From Camelus dromedarius (lineage: Eukaryota), in assembly GCF_036321535.1 (NCBI RefSeq), contig NC_087436.1, forward strand, positions 113,710,001-113,774,000: 64,000 nt of DNA. Reading direction: 5' to 3'. The notes beneath the pieces are model-generated. The model was not told the DNA's origin. It saw only the letters and a program-made list of their open reading frames with translations, and did not search any database. Shown here in pieces: positions 25,245-38,219 of the stretch (position 1 is the stretch's first letter; every line of letters starts with the position of its first letter). Both the position numbers and the translations under genes were made by a program.

Positions 25245-25709
25245 TTAGTGCAATAGATCTATTGCCAAAATGTCTGAAATTGTTTTCTTCTACTTGCAAT
25301 GTAACTTTACAGCTCCTCCAACCAAGCCAGGAAAACTTTCTCTTTCACCTGAATTTTGGCTACTTTTTTTTTTAACTCGCTTTGACTTCTAGAATGTGGC
25401 AACAGTGATGTCTTGCAAGTTCCAAGGCCAGGCCTAAAAAAACCTTGCTCATTTTTTATCTTTCATTTGGCCACTGTGACCACTATGTGAACAAGCCTTG
25501 CTGAGGCTGTGTTAGTCCAGCCAGTCCCCACCTAAACCGATAGATGATAGCTTTCCCATCAGCAATACCAGCCACAATAGCTTAGCCCAACCCAGACTGG
25601 AAGAGTGGCCCAGCTGATCCAGACTGCTGACTAATAATAGTACTTATTGTGTTCAGTCACTGAATTTTAGTTTAACTGATTTGTTACACAGCAATATCTA
25701 ACTAATGCA
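25245..25709 (+). mobile_element. MaLR LTR (MLT1F/H-like)
   Basis: ctcgctttgacttctagaatgtggcaacagtgatg...ttccaaggccaggcct, ends ttgttacacagcaatatctaactaatgca. Confidence 0.75.
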
Positions 25710-26384
25710 GGTAGGGTGGAAGATAGAAGGAATTGAATTCACTGAATATATTTTATGATTTTATATATATAGAGAGAGATTTTTTGTACTGTAAAATACT
25801 TATTCTTCCAGTTATTTTATAAATAACTTATAAAATAAACATATTTTAAAAGTTTATTCAAAACAGAAAACATAAGTATATAGTTGCAGAAATTTTAAAA
25901 TGGGAAATTATATATATATATGGGCAGGAAGTTTATGAATTATAAGAGATTTATAGTTACAATTTTATGCTAGCAAATTTGAATAGGTCAACACAACAGA
26001 TAATTTTCTAGGATAATTTGTATGACAAAATTGAATTACAAAGAAGTAAAATATATGCACAGCACAATAATCACAAAAGAACAACAAACTGAACTTAATG
26101 GTGTGTTAAAAGAATAATCTATACATCAAAGAAGGATCTTTTCTGAAGACTCAAGGTTGTTTCAACATTAAGTAATTATTACTGACATTTATTGCAAAAG
26201 GAGAGAAAAGACAAAAATAGTTTTGAACTTCCTGATAGGTTGCTGGATGTCTATTAATAAAATTAGGTATCTATTATTGATTTTCAAAATCCTTTAGTAG
26301 ATTAATCATGGAGGGAAAAAAAATCCCCAGCATGATAAATTAGGTATTAGAATCTAACAGTGAATATCATGCTTACTAATGAAT

Positions 26385-26625
26385 TCTAGCACCGAGCATT
26401 TGCTACGTGCCAGGAACTGCTCTAAGTACTTCTCCATATATTAATTAGCTCACTTACTACTCAAAACACCTCTAGGTAGGTAATATTGCTTTTCTCTTTT
26501 CACAGATTAAAAAAAAATTGAGGAAAAAAGAGGTGATGCAACTTTGCCAAGATCATACATTATGAAACAATGGAGCTGTCATTTGAACTCAGCCAGACTG
26601 GCTTAAAAGTAGGATTTACTTATGC
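26385..26625 (-). mobile_element. MIR
   Basis: gagcatttgctacgtgccaggaactgctctaagtactt...tttgccaagatcataca...atttgaactcagccagactggct. Confidence 0.85.
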
Positions 26626-27595
26626 AGTAAGCCTTTATGAGTATTACAAACACTGTCACTAAAATCCAGTATAAGATCCTAGGCAAAGGTGACTGGTCTC
26701 AATACTGATATTTAACATTTTGAGAAGGTTACAGAAAATGCAATAAAATTGTGGTTGTTGTGTGTGTGCATGTTTATACCTATATTCATTCTTGTAATTC
26801 ATATGTATGTATTTCTCTCTCTATATATATATATCTTATTTTAAATAACAATATAATTTTAAATACCTAGTTATAAATTAACAAGAAAGGTGCAAAATTT
26901 TGACTTTGGTGAATAAAACTACAAAACTGTATCCAAGTGCATGAGAGAAAATTTAATGGATATATGTAATGTTACCAGATTAAAAAACCCTCAGTTTCTG
27001 CTGTGTTAGTTCTTCAGAAATACAGATTTAGCCCTATTCTAGTCAAAATTTCCACTTGACAAATTGTTTATCTGGAGAAATAACATGCATAAAAATACCC
27101 AGTATGCTTCTGTGAAAAAATATAATGATCTGGGGAGCTGCATAGGGTGACTTAAGGGGTTGCTGTACTAAAGATTGCCTATAGAGATACAGCAGAGTGA
27201 ATAGAGACGCAGTGGAATGGACAAAGTTAGAGATAGAGAAACTGACAGGAAAGGACAGAACACACAGCAACAGACTTTTATTTAAATAAGAAATTGGTAT
27301 ATAGTAGCAATGTGCCTTTAGAGTCCCTGGGGGAAAAGGGAAACTTCAAAAAATGGTATTGAGACAAATGGCTATTCATTTAGAAACCAAAGTCAAATCC
27401 ATCTATCACACTGTCCTTTAAAATGAATTTCAGATGAATTTAAAGTATGAATCTAAAAAGAGACAGATATTAAAAAATGCATCACGATGATGTGGATATA
27501 TCTATATCTAGATCAATATCTGTATCAGTATTGACATCTAATCTCCCAGTCCTGTATTGGGTAAGATTGGGCAGAAACCCAAGGAGTCATGAGAG

Positions 27596-27880
27596 CAGAT
27601 GTCACAAGCTGATGATGCCTGACTCAAATCCTGCCCACAGGTGCATTCAGCTTGGCCAAGAGAATTTCAACAGAAAGAAAGAGAGAGTGGGGGAGGGGAG
27701 AGTAGAAAGAGGGAGGGAGGGAGGAAGGAAAGAAAGGAAAAAAAATTGAAATGGGATTCCCAAATGCAAACCATTTATGCTTTGTCTCAGTACCAAAATA
27801 TTAGATGGTCATACACATAGTCCTTTTACACATTTCTGTTACCTTTCTGGTCCTGAAGGCATTTGAGTTTGTGCAACTCT
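27596..27880 (-). mobile_element. MER102-like hAT-Charlie DNA transposon remnant
   Basis: Reverse complement begins caaactcaaatgccttcaggaccagaaaggtaacagaaatgtg, recalled as the MER102 start. Confidence 0.6.
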
Positions 27881-30027
27881 CTCCTCAAGCACAAAGAAAT
27901 AGATGAAAATATTTTAGCTCAAACAATGTGTGTATATGTATAAGAAATACACGATAAATAAAGTTAAAAGTCAGATAGCAGCAAGTAAAATGTCTTTAAC
28001 ATGCCAAGGGCAAACAGAGTGTCAATATATCCTAAATATATAGAGTACTTACAAATAAATATGAAAAAGACGAAAACCTCAATGCAAAATGGGCAAAGAA
28101 CATGAAGAAATAAAAAATATATAGGGTGAATAACATAAGTAAATAAATTTCGTACCATACAAAATCTAAGAGAAGAGTAAAGTGAGATGATCATTTGCCT
28201 ATTATTTTGACAAAGGTTGAAATGATGATTTCCAATACTGGCAAGAGCAAAGAAAAGCAGGCACCCCCAGATATTGTTGATGGGGCTATATATCTGTATA
28301 CAACTTGACAATGTATGTTAAAATATGCATACTCTCTGACTCAGTAATTCTACTTCAAAATGTTTATTCAGTCAAAAAATATACATTGAGGTTGTATTAT
28401 ATGCCAGATACTACAGTTAAAGACACTGGAGATAAAAAGATGAACAAAATTTTTAAGTCTCCCTCTTTTTCACATGGAGTTTCCACTTTCATGGGAATTT
28501 ATTCTAAGTTGATGATTGGACAAATATAGAAAGATGTAGATACAGGGTATTTTTTTCATATAGTTGATGATAGCTAAAAATTAGAACTCAAATGCCACCA
28601 ATATAGACTAGATAAATTAATTACTGCATATTCCAGAAAAGCACAACCTGAAACCATTTAAAAGGTGAGAGCAGGGCTATATGAATTGACCTAGAAAATG
28701 TTCATGATATATTGCTAAGGGAAAATGCAGATTATGGAACTGCACAGTATGACTTATCTACCACTTGGAATGAATTATACCTAAATATTATATTAGTGAC
28801 CTCTAGATGGTAGAATTATGGACAGTTTCATTTTCTTCTTTTTACTTATGTGCATTTTCTTTAATAAAAATAATTACCTCTGCTAAATTTCAAAGTGAAA
28901 ACTTCATTCTACTAAGATTTTTCTCCTATAATAAATCATCCACTTCTTTCCTGTTACACAATGTCTTCCTATTAGAAATACTCCAGGTACTCAGCTGGCA
29001 GCCTCTGATGTCATTGTAACAGAGAGATGTGTGTGCTCCCTCCAGACCTAAGATAGGCTAGGGTGATGTAAACAGTTGTCAGGTTCAGATCATGCCTGAG
29101 TTAGGTGTGGTGGCTGGCATCAGAGCTTGCAAATTGGAGTAAGGTAAAATTTCAAAAACAATAGAAAAATCTATCACCTAAGGAGATGGACAGCTCTCAT
29201 TCTTTGAATGACAATGACAAATATCAGCAGCCCAGAAGCCTGAAAGTTCCAGGAAAGCCTCACAACATTTTAGATTCTCAGGCTAGAAAGGATTTTGGAA
29301 AGGAATTGGCTCAAGGATTTGACTTTATCAGTAAGGAACACTTGGCTCAGTGAAGGGGGAGAGTGAAAAAGTCATGGGACTCACAGTCACAGTGAATTAG
29401 TTGCATGAACTTTATGTGACTTCCCATCCTTCATGTTCCCCTGAAAATTGTCTTGCCACTATGATGTTCAACTTACCTAGGAAAGAAAACCAAAAGTGGC
29501 TAGGGGAGTTATTGGAGGCCACAAAAATAGTAAGAGATAGGCAGGGATTGATTCTTAGCTTATCTGCTCCCCAACCTGGTACCTTTTAACCCATCTCATA
29601 GCACCTAGGTTATTTGGGCACAGTGAGAAAGAGATGACTGTTCTGACTCCCAAATCAAGCCTCTTCTGGAATCACAGTGCTTTCACCACAGGAGCTTCAG
29701 ACCCATGCATTCCCCTCCACTTTCTCAAGGACATTATCTGTATTAAAATTACTCCTCAACCCCAGCTCCAGGACCCTAATCTCAGCACTGGATTGAAGGG
29801 TCACACTCTTTCTGAGAATGTGCATCAGTTGATTCTGTAGGGACACCAGTTCTCAAGGGCTGCTACGTCCATGTTGCTGGGGAAAGGACGTCATTGTCCT
29901 TAGTGTCATCCTCTGTCCTCTTTTTTGAAGACTCTGTCTCAGACAGTCAGGGATGGCATGAGCTTAGCCAGAATTTAGAGCTTCAAAGGGGTCCTCTAGC
30001 CACAATACTGGTTTTGTCGGTTTAGGA

Positions 30028-30234
30028 CAGAGTTTCTCAAATTTGGCACTATTGACATTTTGGGCTGGATAATCCACCATTGTGGAGGACTTCCCTGTGC
30101 ACTGCAGGGTGTTTAGTAACATCCTTGGCCTCCACCCATTAGATGCCAGTAGCACCTTCCCCCAAATCTTGAGCATCAAAAATGTCTCCAGACGTTTTCC
30201 CTGGAAGCAAATCTCCCCCAGTTGAGAACCACTG
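30028..30234 (+). mobile_element. MER20 (hAT-Charlie MITE), full length
   Basis: TIRs cagagtttctcaa / ttgagaaccactg. Body ggcactattgacattttgggctggataat...gatgccagtagcacc. 8-bp TSD gtttagga / gtttaggg. Confidence 0.92.
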
Positions 30235-30649
30235 GTTTAGGGAAATGTCCTCACTCTTTCTCTTTCCTAAATGCCTTCAAGAAAGCTAAATGAAAACCTA
30301 GGAAGGAGAATCTTCTAGATAGTCTTTATATTGGATTCATTGCTAGATGCTTATTAGACCCATATCTGCCTCCAGTGTGCATATGGAAGACAACAAAAAT
30401 GAAGATTTTGCCAAACTCAAAGAGGTGATTTTCTCTTCTTTCCACTTTTTAGGATGTCTTTACCCATCCTGGCCATTCATCTGCCTCTTGATTTGTTTTC
30501 ACTTCTGAGCTTTCAAATGCGGAATTCCTTGGTTTGGCATTTTTAATTCTTCCGGTCCTTAACTCCTAGATTCCTTTAAATCCTTTTCTAATCCCTTCCT
30601 GTTCCCCCTTTCCTTCTGTTACCCCAGTCTTTCTTCTTTATAAAGACAA

Positions 30650-30860
30650 GATGTTGGCTTTGACTCTATAACCCTTTAATTGTTACATGATCTTGAACAA
30701 TTCTCACACTCTCTCTGAGACTCAGTCACTCTTCCACAAAGTTGGGGGAATCTTGCCTGCCTTTATTACCTTGCTAGATTGTATTAAGGATTAGATGGCA
30801 TAATAGATGAGAAAGTGCTTTGCAAAGAATAAAGTGACATATTTTATTAATATTATCATT
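30650..30860 (+). mobile_element. MIR
   Basis: tgatcttgaacaattctcacactctctctgagactcagt...tgtattaaggattagatggcataatagatgagaaagtgctttgcaaa. Confidence 0.75.
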
Positions 30861-31437
30861 ATTATGATGGATTTCTCACATCATTTAAATTGCAGATGGG
30901 ACAGTTGAGCTTTTAAACATGTAGTCCCAGCCTGTCTCTTCAGCCTGACATGGCACAGGAAAGACACACTGGCTGGGAGTTTGGACGTCTGCCTTTACAA
31001 CCCAGACTTGCCCTGCCTTGGTCATGACCCTTCTTTGAACTCCAGGTTTCTCATCTAGCTCAACAAGGTGATTTGGCTGTCAGTCCTGATGTGCCCTCTT
31101 TCTCCCATGCAGACTAATTTGTAGGATGAAGTATTACCTCCAGGGCCCTTAGGTGCAGAGTTTAAGGTAACTGGTCTTTTCAGCTTTAGTTCCTGTTAAA
31201 ATAGAATGAGATCTTTATGAGATAAGTAAATAAGGTAAGAGGATTATCCACTTGGCACAAGCTTCCAGGGGTTTCTACCAGATTACCTGGGAAGTATATA
31301 GAAGCCCACCTGGAGAGGAGGTGGGAGGTGTGCCCATTATGAGCCCACTAAAACCCGTAGGACATAAGAGCAGGAGCTGAGGTGCTGGCTGGGCTGAGGT
31401 CAAGTTGGTGGTGAGAGTTTAAAACTTACTACTCTAG

Positions 31438-32278
31438 CCTAGCACATCCAAAAGTACTTCCTGAGATGGTAAGAATATTCTAATAGACACTTTCCACTAA
31501 CAAACAGTTTTATTGGGGTATAACTGGTATATCAAAAAGATACATTTAATGCATGCAGCTAGATGATTTTGGATATAAGCATATACTTGTGATACCAACA
31601 CCATGATCAAGGCATTAAATATGTTCATCACCTCCAAAAGTTTCCTGTGTCATTTTTTCTTTTCCTTTTCTCTTTCCTTTTTTTTCTTTGTGTTAAGAAT
31701 GCAATATCAGATTTACACTTTTAAGAAATTTTTAAGTACACAATACCATATTGTTAACTACAGACTCTATATTACACATTAGATCTCTAGAACTTATTTA
31801 ACTTGCATAACTAAAATTTATACCCATTGAATAAAAACTCCCAATTCCCTTATCTTCTTGGCTCCTGGCAATCATCATTCTATTCTCCACTTCTATGAGT
31901 TTGACTAATTTAGATAACTCACATAAGTAGACTCATGCAGAATTTGTCCTTCTGTGACAGGCTTATTTCACTTAGCATAATATCCTCCAGGTTCATCCAT
32001 GGTGTTGCAAATGGTAGAATTTGATTCCTTTTTTAAGGCTAAGTAATATTCTATTATATGTATATATTACATTTCCTTTATCCATTCATCTTCTGAAGGG
32101 CATTTGGGTTGTTTCCATGTCTTGGCTATCATAGTCACTAGCCACATGTGATACTTAGCATTTGAAATGTAACTTATGAGACTGAGAAACTGGATTTTTT
32201 ATTGTATTGAATTTTAATTAAGTTAAATTTAAATGGCTGCTCGTGATGGCTAGTGGCTGCTTTATTGGTCGGCACTGC
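31438..32278 (+). mobile_element. MER3/MER33-like hAT-Charlie element split by an L1 insertion
   Basis: 5' part about 31438-31500. 3' part 32131-32278 reads tagtcactagccacatgtg...ttgaaatgt...tggctagtggctgctttattggtcggcactg. Confidence 0.7.
31506..32130 (-). mobile_element. L1MA/MB-like 3' end
   Basis: ttttattggggtataactg...agatctctagaacttatt...ttatttcacttagcataatatcctccaggttcatccat...ttccatgtcttggctat. Confidence 0.9.
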
Positions 32279-33539
32279 ATTCACCTTCTTGGATGCTAGA
32301 GACCACAGGTAGCAGGGATGTAGTGCTCAGTGAATGGGGAGGATGCTGTCAATGTGAGTATCAAAGGTTTGTACTCATGTTAGGTCAAGAAAATGAGGCA
32401 ATGTCCACTGAAACAGAGCTCCTAAACCCCTCATGCAAAAGAGAATCGTTACTAGAAAGTTCATTTCCCTACTGCAGTACACTTACTTACATCTCCTTGT
32501 ATCTAGTCCCAAAAATATATCAAATCTATAAATGGAAAAAAGTCGAATCAATCTGATTCATCCCATTGATCAGTCTCTTGAAGGAAGGAGAGAGGGACAT
32601 TAGGGCATTTACACTAATCTGGTCCAGCTAGAAGAGAAACTTGGTGCTCAAAGAAGGGAAGTGACAAGCAAGTGTAGGTCACACATTCATGGCTTCAAAC
32701 TCCCAGGCAGCGACTTTTCCCTTATCATCTCTAACTTCAAATGTCAGAATCAGAATGTTATCTAGAGAGATATGCACCATCTTTGACAGCAGTGTCAGCT
32801 CCAAATATTAAATACATTTATCTTCTGGAATTAAGGCCATGAAAAGAGAAGGAAAAAGAACTCCAAAAAGTCAGTGGGGTGGGGAAAGAAATTGGATGAA
32901 AAAAACAAAAAAACATGAACTCTCTCTCTCTTTAGGATTTGCTCCTTCATAGTCTCAGTAAGATTTGAGGGGATATAGAGTCAACACAGAAACAACAGTG
33001 ATTATGAAATGGCATGATTTAAACCAGAACATTTTAGAAAGTTGAGAGACACGATTTCCTGAGGAGAGAAGTGATGGAGACAGTGGATAGAATCAGTTTC
33101 TGCAGGAAAAGTAAATATGTCTGTATTTGAGAAGTTGATTCAAGTATACTTCCATTACTCAAGGGAAATGATAAAAACATGACATGAGGGAAACTCAGTG
33201 ATGTGTAGAATAAGATGAGAAATGAAAGAAATAAATAAAGTTGAATAATTAATGTTCAAATCAGAAAGTTTCACCCATCAAATCAATAAAGCTGAAAACT
33301 AGAATTCTTAGATATGGCCTTATGACATACACAGTGAAAGGAAAAACAAGAACTATATATACAGCCAGGCAAAAAATATAGGACCATACCTGCTGGTGAA
33401 GTTGCATGTTACTGCTTAACTTTTCCATGGTACTACATGGCAATGGAATTTTCAAATGATCCAAGCATGATACCACCTAATTAGACACCATCTATTTCTT
33501 CCCAATGTGGTTAGAATAAATTAAAAATGCACAGAAGGT

Positions 33540-34598
33540 GGATATTTAGTCTGTTTCCATGTCTTGGCTATTGTAAATAGTGCTGCTATGAACATTGGGG
33601 TGCAGGTGTCTTTTTGAAGTAGGGTTCCTTCTGGATATATGCCCGGGAGTGGGATTCCTGGGTCATGTGGTAAGTCTACTCCTAGTCTTTTGAGGAATCT
33701 CCATACTGTTTTCCACAGTGGCTGCACCAAACTGCATTCCCACCAGCAGTGAAAGAGGGTTCCCTTTTCTCCACAGCCTCTCCAGCATTTGTCATTTGTG
33801 GACTTTTGAATGATGGGCATTCTGACTGGTGTGATATGATACCTCATTGTAGTTTTGATTTGCATTTCTCTGAAAATTAGTGATATTGAGCATTTTTTCA
33901 TGTGCCTATTGATCATTTGTATTTCTTCCTTGGAAAATTGCTTGTGTAGGTCTTCTGCCCATTTTTGGATTGTTTGTTTGTTTTTTTCTTATTAAGTCGT
34001 ATGAGCTACTTATGTATTCTGGAGATCAAGCCTTTGTGAGTTTCATTGTTTGCAAAATTTTTCTCCCACTCCGTAGGCTGTCGTTTTGTTTTACTTATGG
34101 TTTCCTTTGCTGTGCAGAAATATTTACACAATGGAATACTATTCAGCCATGAAAAATGACAACATAATGCTGTTTGCAGCAACATAGATGTCCCTGGAGA
34201 ATGTCATTCTAAGTGAAGTAAGCCAGAAAGATAAAGAGAAATACCAAATGAGATCGCTCATATGTGGAATCTAAAAAAAAGAACATAAATGAAAAACAGA
34301 AACAGACTCATAGACATAGAATACAAACTTGTGGTTGCCAAGGGGGATGGGGTGGAAAGGGATAGATTGGGAGTTCAAAATTTGTAGATACTGAAAGGCA
34401 TATGTAGAATAGATAAACAAGATTATACTGTATATATACTGTATATATACAGGGAAATATATACAAGATCTTGTGGTAGCTCACAGCAAAAAAAAATGTG
34501 ACAATGGATATATGTATGTTCATGTATAACTGAGAAATTATGCTTTACACTGGAATTTGACACAACACTGTAAAATGACTGTAACTCAATAAAAAAAA
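33540..34598 (+). mobile_element. Young L1 with 5' inversion (33540-34119 antisense, 34120-34598 sense)
   Basis: ORF 33521..33916(-) is L1 ORF2 ([21 protein letters not shown]...HCWWEC). Orientation flips at tgtgcagaa|atatttacacaatgg. Ends aataaaaaaaa. Confidence 0.95.
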
Positions 34599-35024
34599 GT
34601 ACTGAAGGTTTTCAAAGTGATAAATTCAAAGCAAAAGTCCTCAGGCATTTGTATAGTGGATTTACAACTCTTTAGGAATCTATAAGTTATAATTTATCCA
34701 AATTATTCCAAATCAGAGCATTTTATGAAGCAAACATAATCTTGTGAACTTGTGAAAGACAGTCCAAAGAATATAATTCCAGTCCAATTCCACTGATAAA
34801 CATAGAGGTTCAAATTTACCAAAAAAATTATTTATGTAATATATATATGTGTGTATATGTGTAATATTTATATATATATATATAATATATATATATAATC
34901 TCCATTACAGCATTTTCAGGAATAATGCCTAATGCCTATTACTTACTCAAGGAATAGATTACTATTAGGAAATAACTATTAAGAAATAAACTGACAAAAC
35001 TTTTCACAATTCTTTGCATGTAAT

Positions 35025-35250
35025 AATAGCTCATATTTAATGAACACTTTCTATGTGTCAGGTGTTATTTTGGATATTACTAAATTTTCATACCATCTTT
35101 TCAAGGTATGTTTAACTCTCCCCATTTTATAGAAAATGAAGGCACAGAAAGGTGAAGAAATTTGTCTAAAGTCACACAGAGAGGAGAGTGGTAGGCAGGA
35201 TTTGAGTGCAGGCAGCCCAGCCCTAAAATGTAAATTCTCAACCTTTTCCC
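35025..35250 (-). mobile_element. MIR
   Basis: aataatagctcatatttaatgaacactttctatgtgtcagg...cccattttatagaaaatgaaggcacagaaagg. Confidence 0.85.
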
Positions 35251-35369
35251 TGCAGGATTGATGAATGGTGAATACTTGTTGACCTAAATGGTGCTATTTC
35301 TGCTCAGATTACCTATTGCTACATGCCATCCCATCCCAGAAGGACTTTCTTAAAATAAAATGCATGTTT

Positions 35370-35828
35370 GTGACTCACAGCTTCCGCAGGTTGACTGGAC
35401 AACACTCACCTGGCGTCTGCCTTGCAGCTGTAGTGAGATTGTAGCTGAGGGTGTGTCCCAGCTGGACACCCAGGAGTTTCTTTACTCAGATATCTGGGGT
35501 CCTGACACTTCTTGGCTTCTTCACCAGGCTTCAGCTTCTCCGAGCATGGTGGATGAGTGGTAGTTGCACTTTTACTTGACTGCCAGCTCTCCAGTGGCAA
35601 GAAGTGGAAGCTTCTGGGCCAATTGATTCTATCCGGTACTAACACAGCATCACTTCCATGACACTCTGTTGGACAAGCACTCACAGAGTCCCTGAATTCA
35701 AAAGGACGGAGAGGACAGGGGAAACAGGCTCTCCTCTAGGTGGGGAGTCACAAGGGCGCATTACAAGAGGGCATGTGTGACCTGCCATGATTATTATTTT
35801 TATTTAGTGATACAGTCATCTGACGCAA
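35370..35828 (-). mobile_element. Old MaLR LTR (MLT1H/I-like)
   Basis: cagcatcacttccatgacactctgttggacaagcactcacagag...ttcaaaagga. Confidence 0.6.
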
Positions 35829-38219
35829 AAGCAAGAATGATGTATGAGCTGATACTCAGTGCAAAGGAAGACGTTTTGCGTCCAATTTTGTCCACATCCA
35901 CCTCGTTTTCCCCAGCTCTCCCCACCTGGAAACCACTTTTACAACTTTATTATGTATGCTCCTAGATCCTTTATGAAAATATAAGCAAAAACAAATATAT
36001 AGTCATATTCTCTCTGGTCCTTACACAAAAGGGGGGACACTGTATACACAATTTGGCATCTTATACTTTGGAGAACTGCCTATATAAATATTTACAAAGA
36101 GAGAAAAAGGGATGAAAGAGAGGAAAGGTGGAAGGAAAGGAGGGTGGAGAAAGAAGAGAAGAAGAAGGAAGGATAAAGATAGAGTACATATTTTAGATAC
36201 TACATACCAGCAAAACACAGAGCGTGTACACTCAGTTATTAACAGTGGTTATCTGTCTGCGGAGGGATTAATGCTTTTTTTTCTCTTTATTTTTCTCCAT
36301 CTTCTAAATTTCCTACAATGAACATATACTACATTTGTGATAAAGATATTTTTAGTACCAAAATCACATGGCTCAGTTTCTATGCTGGTATATATACATA
36401 TTTTTTGTTATTTATAATTTGCTTAATACTGAGAAGTTGACCTTCAAACATGGTATAGATGGAGAAAAGATGGCCCATGAGGCTTCCTATGGGAACTTCT
36501 CAAACAACTGTATCCACTTAGACAAGCGTGCCCGTCCAATTCCTTCATTTTATGTTTTCCTTTGTACTTACTATCCTTGGTGAAGCTGCTGTTATGCAAT
36601 GTGAACTTCTGTTGAATCCATGATCTAATAGATTATAAGATACTGTCTTATCATTATGAAATCAATCCTTGGCTTGCGTATCTACTAGGAGTGAGGCAAG
36701 TCACTGTGCTATATGTTAAAGGTATAGAGGGTTCACGGACAGTGAAGGACATGTGTACATCATCTGGGCTCTAATTTGATAAGATAAGTGTCCTGTTAGC
36801 AGCCTAAGAAGCTGGTTCAAGATCACAAAAGCAAGACCCATCAGTTCTGCCTGTAGGATTTCAGAGCACAGTTTGCAGAGTGGGTGCTGTTCTAATTCAA
36901 TCATAGAACAATGCATTTTTGAGAAAGGTAGGATACGGCAGTCTGGGTAGGAGATGTGGAAATTGCTAGGGAGCCCGGAGAAGCAGCTCTAAGGGTGAAG
37001 TGGTGGTGAGATTTGCTGGAAATACAGACTGGGTTCCCAGGACAGAAAGGCTGGAAGCCAAGCTGATGGGTAAGAAGTTCTCTTGTGAGCACTACACTAA
37101 ATTATTGATAGTGATTATCTCTCTGTGGAGGGATGAATGCTACCCTTTTATACCAAGGGGAGTGTGACTGTGTGCTGGCCCCTGGTCCGTCCTTTCCCTG
37201 TTGTAAGTGCTTCTTCTGTAGTATGCAGTTTATTAATATTTGTCCTTGTAACATGTACTTTCTGAGTTCAAGCTAATAAATCTTTATTGAAAAGGTTTTC
37301 ATTTAATTTGCACTTTCAGCGAACCTCAAAGGAGACACGTGTTCCCTGCAGTTTAAGTGGAGATGAAAGCACAGGGTTTAAGGCTGGGTTTGGACAACTT
37401 AGAGTCCAGAAGACTGAGTGGGCATACTCTTGAGATTCCTCTAAGGGGCACCGATGGCTATAATACACCTCATCCTGCTAAAAATAAAACATAATAAAAA
37501 TCACATTGAATTGTGATTCTTGGTGTTTTCTCTCTCCGTGACTATAAGCCCTGTGAAGGTAGGCAGGGACTATTGTTCTGTTCACGGGGGTGGGGGACAC
37601 TCATCCGGGCCCTTGGTCCATGTTGGATGCTCAGCACAAGTGAAGTAGCACACTCTATGGAGAAGTGAGACCAGAAGGAGCATCCTCAAAGCACTAATCC
37701 ACAGGAGGTAATACAAGCCACCTGGGTCATCACACCAGCTTCTCCTCTCTTTGGTACCCACGGGTGTCTCGGGCATGGGGGATGCGAGCAACTGGGGCAA
37801 CAGAGTAATAAACTGTGAGAACTGGTTCAGCGTTTAACTGGTGAAGTCAGAATTATCAGGTTTGTACTTTTGTCTGTTCACTGGAAGCGAATTTCCCCTG
37901 ATAGTCAGAAGGGAAGGAGAGGAGGCTTGCAAAGAGATGGGAGCCCCAGACAGTGTGGGACTTTCCAGGAGGGCTGGCCTGTGTGTGTTTAATTTCTGTC
38001 CTTTAAGACCTGCTGGGATGAGAGGGTGGCAGAAACTGCTTGAGCCCCTCATAGTCAAAGACACTGCCTCCCACCCCCCACAACCAGACCACACAGGTTC
38101 GTTCAGTGTCTCACCAGCAAATTGCTCCCCAAACAAGGAGCCTCCCTTAATTCTTCAACTGGACCTGGACTCTATTTTTTTCTGAATAAGCAAAGCACTT
38201 TTTATTTATGGGTCTTAGA

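Larger units (their letters stand above)
25730..28870 (+). mobile_element. Fragmented old L1ME-like element with inserted MIR and MER102
   Basis: acaattttatgctagcaaatttgaa, aaaaatggtattgagacaaatggct, caatgcaaaatgggcaaagaacatgaa in colinear L1 order. Confidence 0.7.

Noticed and set aside
33521..33916. ORF2-like ORFs here and at 44114..44371 and 44792..45166
   Set aside because: Fragments of 5'-truncated L1 copies lacking the EN and RT domains, so not functional genes.
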